Assembly (NCBI GenBank): GCA_018262985.1
Contig: JADFDI010000009.1
Span: 11,947-75,946, forward strand
DNA: 64,000 bases
Source of the DNA: Spirochaetota bacterium
GTDB taxonomy: Bacteria; Spirochaetota; Spirochaetia; Treponematales; UBA12059
Direction: 5' to 3'
Shown here: positions 1 to 8,330 of the stretch, piece by piece
Numbering within the stretch: the first letter of the stretch is position 1
Layout of the letters: every line of letters begins with the position of its first letter
Translations under genes and position numbers: made by a program
The notes under the pieces: generated by a model
Told to the model about the DNA's origin: nothing
Databases searched by the model: none
What the model saw: only the letters and a program-made list of their open reading frames with translations

Positions 1-1
1 T

Positions 2-325
2 TCCAAACAAATACCGCATGCCAATGAGTCTGCGTTGTCTAGCGCCAAGTCGAGTGCGCAACCTGGATGTTCCTTACCAGAGGCAAAGATAAACTCCATG
101 GTGGAACCCGAGCCCGAGCCCGAAGACGAGATCACCAAGATCAACCGCCTCCATGATGAGCTACGCTCGATCCTCGAGGACAATGAGGATGCCTTCACGC
201 CTAAGCATCAGGACTGGATTCTGGCCAAGGCCCGTCAGGCTAACACCGCCGATGGCGTGGAACGCATGGTCACCTACGCGCGGAAGGTGCTCAAGAACGC
301 TGCCAGCATGGCCGCTACGGCGTAG
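2..325 (+). CDS. Hypothetical protein, 3' part (frame open from the window edge)
   Basis: No stop from base 2 to TAG at 323-325; EPEPEPE linker then a small helical C-terminal domain; 14 bp upstream of the next gene. Confidence 0.55.
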   Translation, partial: SKQIPHANESALSSAKSSAQPGCSLPEAKINSMVEPEPEPEDEITKINRLHDELRSILEDNEDAFTPKHQDWILAKARQANTADGVERMVTYARKVLKNAASMAATA

Positions 326-339
326 GGAAGGACTTCATC

Positions 340-1323
340 GTGAATTACCTCTCCGTCGCCAAGAAGATGCAGTTGGAGTGGAAGTTAACCAGTAAGGCTC
401 TTCCGCGCGAGGCCAGAGCCCCGGGCCTGTACCGGAGCCAAATGCACCCATTCTGCTTCCCATTGCAGCTTGCCGCTTACAATTTGTTCCAAGAAATTCG
501 GGACGATGCCCTGGCCACCTTCGAGCGCTTGGGTATCGTCTGGCATGGAGCCGCATTGCCGGGCCTCCCGACCAACCATACCTGTTCCAGCCAAGTATTC
601 TGCATCAACGCGCTCTTTCCGTTCCGCAATCGTCCCGAGGCCTTAGCTGACTTCCTTCGTCCGCAATTCCCCGAGATCAAACGAATGCACCCTGTGGAGG
701 AAGATGCGTTCATCGCCTTCGAGTGGCAGGGCGACATCAACTACCTGGGAGAAGAATCTCATGTCGGTGCCGACCGGATTCGCGGTGCTGGCTCAACCTC
801 TATCGACGCAGCGATGTGCTTCGAGACTATAGACGACCGCAAGGTCTTCCTGCTATGCGAGGTCAAGTTCACCGAGAGCTATTCATCCCAGTACAAACGT
901 TTTCGATCGGATGGCTCGGACCGCGTGGACACCTACCGCGAGATATTCTATGGTCCGTTTACCCCGTTCAACCTGGAGATCGTACCCCGAATCGAATATC
1001 TACTCTATGAGCCGATGTACCAGCTTGCTCGACATCAGCTCCTGGCTTCCCGCATCCTGGAGGTCGGTATCCCTGAGGTCGACAACGTCATCGTGGTCCA
1101 CCTCGCAGTCGGGGCCAATCAGGAACTCCGATCCATCACCTCGCCGCATTACCGTAAGTTCTCCCGTGACCTCTACGAGCTCTGGCCGACACTGCTCCTC
1201 ATGCCGGACGAGTTCAGATTCATCCCGACCGAACAGCTCTTTCGCTATGTACCGACGGACCGGCACCCGGAACTGGAACCCTGGGCGCGCTACATGAAGT
1301 CCCGTTACAGCTTCCTGAAATGA
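340..1323 (+). CDS. PGN_0703-family-like putative restriction endonuclease (PD-(D/E)XK fold)
   Basis: Motifs NHTCSSQVFCINAL, TSIDAA...CEVKFTE (D...ExK) and YQLARHQLLA; GTG start after AGGGAAGGA. Confidence 0.75.
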   Translation: MNYLSVAKKMQLEWKLTSKALPREARAPGLYRSQMHPFCFPLQLAAYNLFQEIRDDALATFERLGIVWHGAALPGLPTNHTCSSQVFCINALFPFRNRPEALADFLRPQFPEIKRMHPVEEDAFIAFEWQGDINYLGEESHVGADRIRGAGSTSIDAAMCFETIDDRKVFLLCEVKFTESYSSQYKRFRSDGSDRVDTYREIFYGPFTPFNLEIVPRIEYLLYEPMYQLARHQLLASRILEVGIPEVDNVIVVHLAVGANQELRSITSPHYRKFSRDLYELWPTLLLMPDEFRFIPTEQLFRYVPTDRHPELEPWARYMKSRYSFLK

Positions 1324-1416
1324 CCATTTGCCCGCTCCATGATATGGGGCGGGCTGTTCGTCTATACCCACAGGGCGTTTCAGGGCCAAGTTATATGGGG
1401 ACAGTTATAAAGTTAC

Positions 1417-1879
1417 TTGCTAGTACTCGCTCGAACGCCTCTATCCGCCCTTCCAGAGGATCACTTCCACAGTTTCCCTGGCACCAGCAACACACGGTTC
1501 ACCGGGCTCCTTCACCGAGAGCTAGTCCAACACCGAGCTTCTGACCTTCTAAGTATATGGGTCGGCGCAACCGAGCAGGCTATCGGGCAGGCCTTTATGC
1601 AAGCTTAAACCCGCCCAAGGTTTTTCTCCTCAATAAATCCGATAGCTTCTTCTCACGCTCTTCAATCGTTACTTCCCCGAAGAGGAGCCTATCATCGAAG
1701 TGGCTGAGAGGCTTATGAGTCTTGTGAGGTTGGACAGCCTCACGCCGGGAGACATCAAGGCGGTACTGATGCGGGTGTGGTCCTTGACCGTGCTGGGGAC
1801 GAAGGTAGTCCTCGGGTTCTTGGCGCAAGAGTGCGGGTATAAGAAGGGCGAGAGACGATTCGGATTCACTACCTCGTGA
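1417..1879 (+). pseudogene. Decayed AAA+ ATPase (two fragments)
   Basis: 1417-1608: eroded Walker A FPGTSNT then RASDLLSIWVGATEQAIGQAF, then stop. 1700-1879: C-terminal lid LDSLTPGDIKAV...ECGYKKGERRFGF. Walker B region missing. Confidence 0.7.
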
Positions 1880-1951
1880 TCTACTGCTGATCTTTTACAA
1901 GCGTGGCTCCGGGGTCTTCGCTCTGAAGCTGTTGGTAATCTGGACGAAGAT

Positions 1952-2022
1952 ATTATGTGAAATATTCACATAATGATGTTGAAAAGCTTGCTTTACCTAT
2001 AGAATTGCAGTACATTATGTGA
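1952..2022 (+). promoter_or_regulatory. Sigma70-like promoter of rloAB with palindromic operator
   Basis: ATTATGTGAA-ATA-TTCACATAAT (1952-1974); TTGCTT(1988-1993)-17 bp-TACATT(2011-2016); extra half-site ATTATGTGA (2014-2022). Confidence 0.65.
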
Positions 2023-2033
2023 CGGAGGCCGCT

Positions 2034-3371
2034 ATGCTCATTCGATTCTCTGTCAAGAATCTCTACTCCTTCAACGAGGAAGCGCAGTTCAGCATGGTCG
2101 CCGGGAAGACCCAAGCTCATAAGGACCATATCGCGGCTGGATTCAGGCCTTCCGATACCAAGCTCCTGAAATCCGCAGTGATTTATGGCGCCAACGCTGC
2201 CGGCAAGTCGAACCTGGCTAAGGCCCTGTTCCTGGCCCAGCAGGTGATCCTCGGCGGAATGCGTATCGGAGCGGAACTTCCCCGCTTGCCATTCCGGCTA
2301 TGCTCGGCTTGCAGTTCCACACCCTCGTCAGTCGAGTTCGAGTTGCTCCTCGACGACTCCGTATACTCCTATGGCTTCACCTTCCTTGCCAGTCATGTCG
2401 TCGAAGAATGGCTTATCCGCATTGGTCCTTCCTCGGAGAAGGAAGTCTTCAGGAGGACCAGCGACTCGGCCACGACCGCTATCGAGTTTGGTCCATCCTT
2501 TCTGCCTAGTGCGAAAGAGCGTCAGTACTTCGAGTTCCTGGCGCGCGGGACTCGCCCTAATCAGCTCTTCCTGACTGAAGCCGTTGCCCGCAATGTCAAG
2601 GATCCCTATGCGAAGGTCTTCGATTGGTTCGCCAATGTCCTGACAGTCATCTTTCCTCACACCGTTTTGAACCAACGCGAATCCCTGATTCGATCGGATG
2701 CCTCCCTTCGTTCGTCCTATGAGGAGTACTTCAAGTCCTTCGATCTCGGACTCGCCGGCCTCCGCGTGGTCGAGACGGAGCTGGATAGCCTAGCACCGGG
2801 AATGTCCGAGGCGATGAAGAATGAGCTCCGCAGTCAGCTTGGCCCCGGCAAGGCCATCCAGATGATCAACCCGGTGTCCAATTCCACGATCATCATCATG
2901 AAGAAGGACGGAGGCGAACTCGTCGTGCTCCGCCTGATCCTTTTGCATGAGGACGAGAACAGCAAGCCGGTTGAGTTCGATATCCAGGAAGAGTCCGACG
3001 GGACGCAACGGTTGGTGGACCTCATTCCGGCGCTGGTCCAGTTCCAGAATGCCGAGAAGGTCTTTGTCGTCGACGAGCTTGATCGTAGTCTTCATCCGAC
3101 GCTGTCCCGAAGCTTCTTCGAAGTTTTCTACGCCAAGTCCAACCCGCGATCCCAGCTTATCGCCACAACCCATGACCTGGACCTGCTCGACCTAGACCTG
3201 TTGCGGAAGGACGAGATCTGGTTCATTGAGAAGGATAAGCAAGGCGCATCCCGGGTGTATTCTCTCGAGGAGTTCAAGCCCCGCTTTGACAATGACATCC
3301 GGAAGGGCTATCTCCTTGGCCGCTTCGGGGCTATCCCGGTCATCCGGAAGCCGCAGGGCTTGGGTTGGTGA
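2034..3371 (+). CDS. rloA: RloA/AbiLi-like AAA_21 ABC-type ATPase
   Basis: MLIRFSVKN start after GGAGG; Walker A GANAAGKS, signature ESDGT, Walker B FVVDELD, H-loop TTH, C-terminal YLLGRFGAIP. Confidence 0.88.
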   Translation: MLIRFSVKNLYSFNEEAQFSMVAGKTQAHKDHIAAGFRPSDTKLLKSAVIYGANAAGKSNLAKALFLAQQVILGGMRIGAELPRLPFRLCSACSSTPSSVEFELLLDDSVYSYGFTFLASHVVEEWLIRIGPSSEKEVFRRTSDSATTAIEFGPSFLPSAKERQYFEFLARGTRPNQLFLTEAVARNVKDPYAKVFDWFANVLTVIFPHTVLNQRESLIRSDASLRSSYEEYFKSFDLGLAGLRVVETELDSLAPGMSEAMKNELRSQLGPGKAIQMINPVSNSTIIIMKKDGGELVVLRLILLHEDENSKPVEFDIQEESDGTQRLVDLIPALVQFQNAEKVFVVDELDRSLHPTLSRSFFEVFYAKSNPRSQLIATTHDLDLLDLDLLRKDEIWFIEKDKQGASRVYSLEEFKPRFDNDIRKGYLLGRFGAIPVIRKPQGLGW

Positions 3372-3376
3372 CCTGA

Positions 3377-4006
3377 ATGCCGCGCCGCAGCTTCACTCGA
3401 CGAAGCGGATATCGCGATTCCCGGCTCATTGTGATCGCGAGCGAGGGAACGAACACAGAACCAGCCTATTTCGAAGCCCTGCGTGATTATCTCCTCGCCA
3501 GCCCGAGCCGCGTGCACGTTGAGGTGCTGAGGCGGGATCCCGGGAGTCCCTCGGCCCCTGAATACGTCATCGAGCAGCTGGACTCATTCAAGCGGGACTG
3601 GAAGTTGTCTTCCCACGACGAGCTCTGGGCTGTCATCGACTACGATCGATGGGGCGAGGCCAAGCTGTCGACCGTCGCGACCGCGGCCGTCCAGAAGGGC
3701 TATCATTTGGCCGTTTCTCGGCCATGCTTCGAGGTTTGGCGCTTGCTTCATTTCGAGGACCTGAGCCAACTTCCGGAAGATGATCGCGCAGCCTTGGATC
3801 GGGGCAAGTGCGCCGCAATCACCATGCGCGTGCGGCAGCTCTGTGGAGCGTGCGGGAAGAACATGGGCGATGTTCAGGAGTATCTGCCGCTCACGGAGCT
3901 AGCATTAGATCGAGCTATGCTTCTAGCCGAAGGCAACCGCGATCGGTGGCCGAATGCCTTGGGCACGTTCATGCATGTGCTCATACAGTCGATCCGAGGC
4001 TTGTGA
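3377..4006 (+). CDS. rloB: RloB/AbiLii-like TOPRIM protein
   Basis: ASEGTNTEPAYF, AVIDYD and SRPCFEVWRLLHF motifs; 5 bp after rloA. Confidence 0.88.
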   Translation: MPRRSFTRRSGYRDSRLIVIASEGTNTEPAYFEALRDYLLASPSRVHVEVLRRDPGSPSAPEYVIEQLDSFKRDWKLSSHDELWAVIDYDRWGEAKLSTVATAAVQKGYHLAVSRPCFEVWRLLHFEDLSQLPEDDRAALDRGKCAAITMRVRQLCGACGKNMGDVQEYLPLTELALDRAMLLAEGNRDRWPNALGTFMHVLIQSIRGL

Positions 4007-4020
4007 TTAGAGTGGACTCC

Positions 4021-4167
4021 ATGGGAGAAGCGTTCGAGAGCATCATGCGAGGCCTCAGCGAGGTCAAGGCGCATCACGAGGGCACGCGCAAGCTCAAGAC
4101 CACGACGATCGAGATAGCGCCGCTCTCCGTTTATGACGCGAAGGCGAGCTTTGTTTTACCCGACTAG
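4021..4167 (+). pseudogene. Truncated N-terminus of a HigA/NadS-like XRE antitoxin
   Basis: MGEAFESIMRGLSEVKAHHEG resembles the N-terminal helix of this family; the frame ends before any HTH. Confidence 0.55.
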
Positions 4168-4484
4168 AACGTGACGACCTTATCGGCCCATTCCACCATG
4201 CCCAGGCAGTCGTTCATCGTCGAGATGGGGCAGACCTCGCTGCCTTCCTGCCCTCTGGATTTGATGCAGGTCCCGCAGGCGAGCACCGTTCCGCCATGCT
4301 CGATGTACTGATCGATCTGCTTCTTCGCGTCGTACTTCTCGTGGGTGATGCTTTCGATCTCCACTCCGGCGCTCATGAGGAAGATTTTCGTCTCATGTCC
4401 CGCCTTGAGCGCGGTGTTCGCGAAGCGCACTGCGTTCCAGGCCTTCTCCGCGTCGTTCGTCTCGATGATGATTCCGAGTTTCAT
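4164..4484 (-). CDS. DsrE/YchN-family sulfur-relay protein
   Basis: IFLMSAGVE, ACGTCIKSRG and ADKVVTF motifs; AGGAGG RBS. Confidence 0.85.
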   Translation of the reverse strand: MKLGIIIETNDAEKAWNAVRFANTALKAGHETKIFLMSAGVEIESITHEKYDAKKQIDQYIEHGGTVLACGTCIKSRGQEGSEVCPISTMNDCLGMVEWADKVVTF

Positions 4485-4503
4485 GCTGTCCTCCTGACCT
4501 CTA

Positions 4504-5418
4504 TCATAAATCATAAGCCCTGGCGCAATGGCTGCCGGGGAGCAGGGCGTATATCCTGTGCCGCACCGGATCGAAGCCCATCGTATGCGCTCCTGGCTCG
4601 GTCTGTACCACCTCCGCCGGGCGGTCCGCGTCGATGTCGATGACGTCGATGTTTCCGGGCTTGCCCGAGGCCACGAAGAGGCGTCGTAGCACGCTGTCCA
4701 GAAAGACGACGTCCGGCGCGCCGCTCAATGGTATCTCGCCCAGAACCTTATCCCTGCGCGGATCGACTATAAGGAGCCGCGCATCGTCGCAGGCACAGTA
4801 GAGCTGCCCGGTCACGGGGTCGAGTTCGAGGCCGTGCGGTCCTAGCGCCGGTATGGGGATCGTCCGCGCGACACGCTCCGGCCTTTCTCCTTCGATGACG
4901 GCGATACAGGCGGGCTCCCGGATGTTGATATAGATAGCGTCCTCGCGGGGATCGTAGATCGCCCATCGCGTCCGTCCGGGCACGGAGACCTCGTGGATGG
5001 CCAAGCCGCGTTCCACCTCGACCACGGTGACGCTGTGGGAGCCGAGCGTAGGCGATTCGCCGACGTTGGCGGCATAGAGGAGGCCGCGACCGGCATCAAA
5101 GGCCAGGCCGTTCGGCTTCGATCCGACGGGGATTTTCCGAACACCTCCCGTTTCTCCCAGCTTTAAGATGCCGACGGTATCCTCGCCTCGATTCGAAGTG
5201 AAGACGAGTCCGGCCTGATCGGAGACGAGGGCCCCCGCGACTCCGGCCACCCCCTCGATCGATCCCAGGTAGCTATTGCTTCCGCAATCGATAACATCCA
5301 CGGCGTCGTTCGCCGTATGCGCGATGTAGAGGAGGGAGCGCTTGACCGAAAAGGCAGCGTGGTCGAAGCCTTCGTCGTTCCGGTGGGCAGGGAGCTCGAT
5401 GTCGGTGAGTTGTCTCAT
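4504..5418 (-). CDS. YncE/YVTN-type beta-propeller protein
   Basis: Repeated blades (VGSKPNGLAFD, GPHGLELDP, GAHTMGFDP); ATGA-coupled to the MFS gene. Confidence 0.8.
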   Translation of the reverse strand: MRQLTDIELPAHRNDEGFDHAAFSVKRSLLYIAHTANDAVDVIDCGSNSYLGSIEGVAGVAGALVSDQAGLVFTSNRGEDTVGILKLGETGGVRKIPVGSKPNGLAFDAGRGLLYAANVGESPTLGSHSVTVVEVERGLAIHEVSVPGRTRWAIYDPREDAIYINIREPACIAVIEGERPERVARTIPIPALGPHGLELDPVTGQLYCACDDARLLIVDPRRDKVLGEIPLSGAPDVVFLDSVLRRLFVASGKPGNIDVIDIDADRPAEVVQTEPGAHTMGFDPVRHRIYALLPGSHCARAYDL

Positions 5419-6680
5419 CGTGGGTTCCTTGGTGAATGAGATTCGGTCACTTCGGTTCTCCGGAAGGCGCGGTAGAGGAGGAGGTCATAGCAGACCTTGA
5501 CGCTTCCCGCGATCACGAAGACCAGGCCGGCCGTCGCGGGATTGGCGAGGATGGGACCGGCCAGGGAAGGGGAGATCGCCGCACCGGTCGTCCGTGTGAT
5601 GCCGGTGATTCCCGCCGCTGCCGAGCGTTCCTCGGGCCGGACGACGGCCATGGTGTAGGACTGGCGCGTCGGGACGTCCATCTGCGAGATGGCGAAGCGA
5701 GCGAGTAGGACCGTCAGCGCGAGCGGGAAGCTCGGCATAAAGGGCACGAGGATGAGCAGGACATTCGAGGGAAGATGGGTGAAGACCATCGTGTTCACCA
5801 GGCCGAAGCGCCGGGCGATCCTCGCGGCGAGCAAGGCGGAGAATCCCGCGAGGATATTGGCTGCGAAGAAGACCGACCCAATCATTCCAGGCCCGACACC
5901 GAAGCGCAGGTGGAACCAGTAGGCCATGGCGCTCTGGACGACGAAGCCTCCGCCGAAGGCGTCGAGGGAGAAGAGGGCCGCCAATCTGGCGACGATGCCA
6001 CGAGAACTCCCGAGGCCGAGTTTCCCCGGCAGCCTCCTGTCCTGCTGCGGCTCGATCGCCGGCCCTGTCGCCCGGAAGAGGAGGGCCAGGACAAGTCCGA
6101 GGCCGCAGTATGCGAGTACGATGGCCCGATAACTCGCCATGGGCGCAAGTCCGTAACCTTGGAGCGCCTGGGAGATCCAGCCGCCTGCGAGTGCCCCGAG
6201 AGCGGCAGCGAGGGAGCCTGCCAGGTTGTACCAGGCGAAAGTCGCGGTCCGCACTTCCTCGGCAAGCAGCTCCGAGAGCGCCGCTTGCTCGAGGGCCAGG
6301 AAGGGACCTACCTCGTTGCCGGTCGGGGAGAGGACGCCGACGGTCAGGGCGATCAGGATGACGGGGAAGCTTGTGGACAGCGCGAGGGGGAAGCCCGCCG
6401 CCAGCATGAGGAGGGCTCCCACGATGAGCATACGCCGCCGCCCGATCCGGTCGGCCTGGGTCGTGATGAGGAGCGAGAGCAGCGTGTCGCCGAGGAGGGT
6501 CAGGCTGAGGAGGAGGCCCACCGAGGCCATGCCAAAACCCAGCCCGTCGAGATAGAGGAGGAGGACCACCGACACGAGGCCGTAGGCGAACATCCTGAGA
6601 CTCCGCGTCGCGAAAAGGAGGACGAGGTTCCGCCTCGCTTCCACGCTTAGGTCCGCGCTGTGGCTCCTCCTCTCACTCAT
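5415..6680 (-). CDS. MFS transporter
   Basis: About 12 hydrophobic segments; motif A ADRIGRRR; SQMDVPTRQSY; true start MSERR overlaps the upstream stop. Confidence 0.9.
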   Translation of the reverse strand: MSERRSHSADLSVEARRNLVLLFATRSLRMFAYGLVSVVLLLYLDGLGFGMASVGLLLSLTLLGDTLLSLLITTQADRIGRRRMLIVGALLMLAAGFPLALSTSFPVILIALTVGVLSPTGNEVGPFLALEQAALSELLAEEVRTATFAWYNLAGSLAAALGALAGGWISQALQGYGLAPMASYRAIVLAYCGLGLVLALLFRATGPAIEPQQDRRLPGKLGLGSSRGIVARLAALFSLDAFGGGFVVQSAMAYWFHLRFGVGPGMIGSVFFAANILAGFSALLAARIARRFGLVNTMVFTHLPSNVLLILVPFMPSFPLALTVLLARFAISQMDVPTRQSYTMAVVRPEERSAAAGITGITRTTGAAISPSLAGPILANPATAGLVFVIAGSVKVCYDLLLYRAFRRTEVTESHSPRNPR

Positions 6681-7108
6681 TTCTTGGCGGCCTTCAACTT
6701 GAAGAAGGCGTACAGGGCGTCGTAGACCTCGAACTGGGCTTCGACGTTCTCGAAGTCGTCTGGATGCCTGATAGAATATCCCTGGGCGATGGCCTCGAGG
6801 CCCGGCGCGTAGGGATTCGACTCTAGTCTGTCGGTGTCGGCGGCGTTCACCACCTCGGCCAGCATGAGGAGGGCGGGGTCCTTGAGCTCGTACTTCTTGA
6901 CGATCGACACGAAGGAGCAGTCGTCCCCACGGTGGCCGAGCTCGACGCCGGGAGCGTCGAAGGGGATGGCGCCGGTCTTCTTGGCCTCCTCTTCTACGAG
7001 CCCTTTGGCCACGAAGCTGAATTCGGCCTCGGCGTCGATGAAGCGCCGGATGAGCCAGGGGCAGGCCACGCGGTCGACGTGGACATGGGCGCGGGTGATC
7101 CATTTCAT
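6677..7108 (-). CDS. Chromate-resistance ChrB C-terminal domain (ChrF-like) protein
   Basis: MKWITRAHVHVDRVACPWLIRRFID, GAIPFD and HRGDDCSF motifs. Confidence 0.9.
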   Translation of the reverse strand: MKWITRAHVHVDRVACPWLIRRFIDAEAEFSFVAKGLVEEEAKKTGAIPFDAPGVELGHRGDDCSFVSIVKKYELKDPALLMLAEVVNAADTDRLESNPYAPGLEAIAQGYSIRHPDDFENVEAQFEVYDALYAFFKLKAAKK

Positions 7109-7566
7109 TCTTGTCCTCCTTGGGCAAAATTGTTATCCGACTGGCTGGCCATAGTCTCCGCCGCCAGTTCGGCATAGAGAGCGTCATAGAGCTCGGCACC
7201 GCGACGCAGCGCCTCGTGATCGTCCTTGCTCGTCCTGCGGATTCCCCGGCAGAGGACGTCGAGACCGTACGCGGCGGGCTCGAGGAGGACCTCCTGCACG
7301 GAGTCAGCCTCGTCCACGATGGCCGTGATGCGGTCAAGGATGGGATCGCGACAGTCGTGGGCCTTGAGTAGGGCGTGGAAGCTACAGTGCCCCCGGTGAT
7401 GGGAGTAGCGCGCGCCGGGGATATCGAAGGCCTCGCCGCTCTCCGCTGGCGCCGCCGTCCCGGCCGGAATGAAGACGAACTCGGGCTCGGGATCGATCCT
7501 CCGCATGATGAGCCAGGCCGAGGCCATCCGATCGACGCCGACGCCTTCCCAGGTGAGCCACTTCAT
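7105..7566 (-). CDS. Second ChrB C-terminal domain (ChrF-like) protein
   Basis: MKWLTWEGVGVDRMASAWLIMRRID, HHRGHCSF and LYDALYA motifs. Confidence 0.88.
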   Translation of the reverse strand: MKWLTWEGVGVDRMASAWLIMRRIDPEPEFVFIPAGTAAPAESGEAFDIPGARYSHHRGHCSFHALLKAHDCRDPILDRITAIVDEADSVQEVLLEPAAYGLDVLCRGIRRTSKDDHEALRRGAELYDALYAELAAETMASQSDNNFAQGGQE

Positions 7567-8015
7567 TCGCTCCCTCCCTCTTCCGCCATCGTTCCCTTCC
7601 TCAGTGCATCGAGCTTCCGCCGGACTTCCACGCCCTTCCTCGATCCGAAATAGTCCACCTGACGCAGGCGGAGATATTCGCGCGCGGATCTATCGAGCTC
7701 GGCTTCCTCGGAGTCGAGACTCGAGAGGATCTCGCTGTAGCCCGAGTCGACCTGGGCCAGGAACTGGGCTTGGAGGCTCTCGTCCTGACCCAGAGACAGG
7801 CTCGCACAGGCCCAGAGCACGGCCCGCCCGCCCGCCTCCGTGATCTCCGAACAGAGCCAGGTGAGCATCTCGCGACAGCGCGGATTGTCCGGGAGCACCC
7901 AGTTCGATTCGAAGCAGGGCAAAGCGCCGAGCCTCTTGAGCTTCCGCCATATGCGCACCCTCGCCGAGGAGGGTTCCGCGGGGAGGGAATAGGTAAGCAT
8001 GAGCCAGGATGCCGT
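7563..8015 (-). CDS. ChrB N-terminal DNA-binding domain protein (start ACG at 8015 or ATG at 8000)
   Basis: WLMLTYSLPAEPSSARVRIWRKLKRLGA and DYF motifs; GAGGAGG lies 5 nt before ACG. Confidence 0.82.
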   Translation of the reverse strand, partial: TASWLMLTYSLPAEPSSARVRIWRKLKRLGALPCFESNWVLPDNPRCREMLTWLCSEITEAGGRAVLWACASLSLGQDESLQAQFLAQVDSGYSEILSSLDSEEAELDRSAREYLRLRQVDYFGSRKGVEVRRKLDALRKGTMAEEGGSE

Positions 8016-8038
8016 GCTTTCCTCCTCAGAGCAATCAA

Positions 8039-8074
8039 TGTAACAAGTGTTGCACTTGATGACGACGCTGTCAA
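8039..8074 (-). promoter_or_regulatory. chr operon promoter with palindromic operator over the -10
   Basis: Minus-strand TTGACA(8074-8069)-17 bp-AACACT; imperfect palindrome TGTAACA-AG-TGTTGCA (8039-8054). Confidence 0.6.
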
Positions 8075-8128
8075 GCTCTATCTCAACGGGGAATATGCTC
8101 TTCCCTATCGTCTCTGGTAGCGTTGCTT

Positions 8129-8263
8129 GGCCATGGCCACGAGCATGAGCACGAGACAGGTGAGCACTGGCATCCCCGCGTCTCGGACGTCCATCATCGA
8201 CATGCGCATCGGGACAAGGTCGAGGCTTCGCCATCAGGATTTCCGACACCGTTATTGCCTTGA
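8129..8263 (+). pseudogene. His-rich C-terminal tail relic, probably of a DMT/EamA transporter
   Basis: Translates as GHGHEHEHETGEHWHPRVSDVHHRHAH..., resembling HxHPHxPDxHHRH tails; no upstream membrane domain. Confidence 0.5.
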
Positions 8264-8288
8264 CGATGCTTGACATATCTTTCGGGAC

Positions 8289-8327
8289 TGGACGCAAATT
8301 GGATGCAGATTTCCAAATTTGCGTCCA
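8289..8327. repeat. 12-bp perfect inverted repeat
   Basis: TGGACGCAAATT (8289-8300) and AATTTGCGTCCA (8316-8327). Confidence 0.8.
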
Positions 8328-8330
8328 TAT

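Noticed and set aside
1956-1970. CRP box
   Set aside because: TGTGA-N5-TCACA has the wrong spacing for the canonical N6 site.
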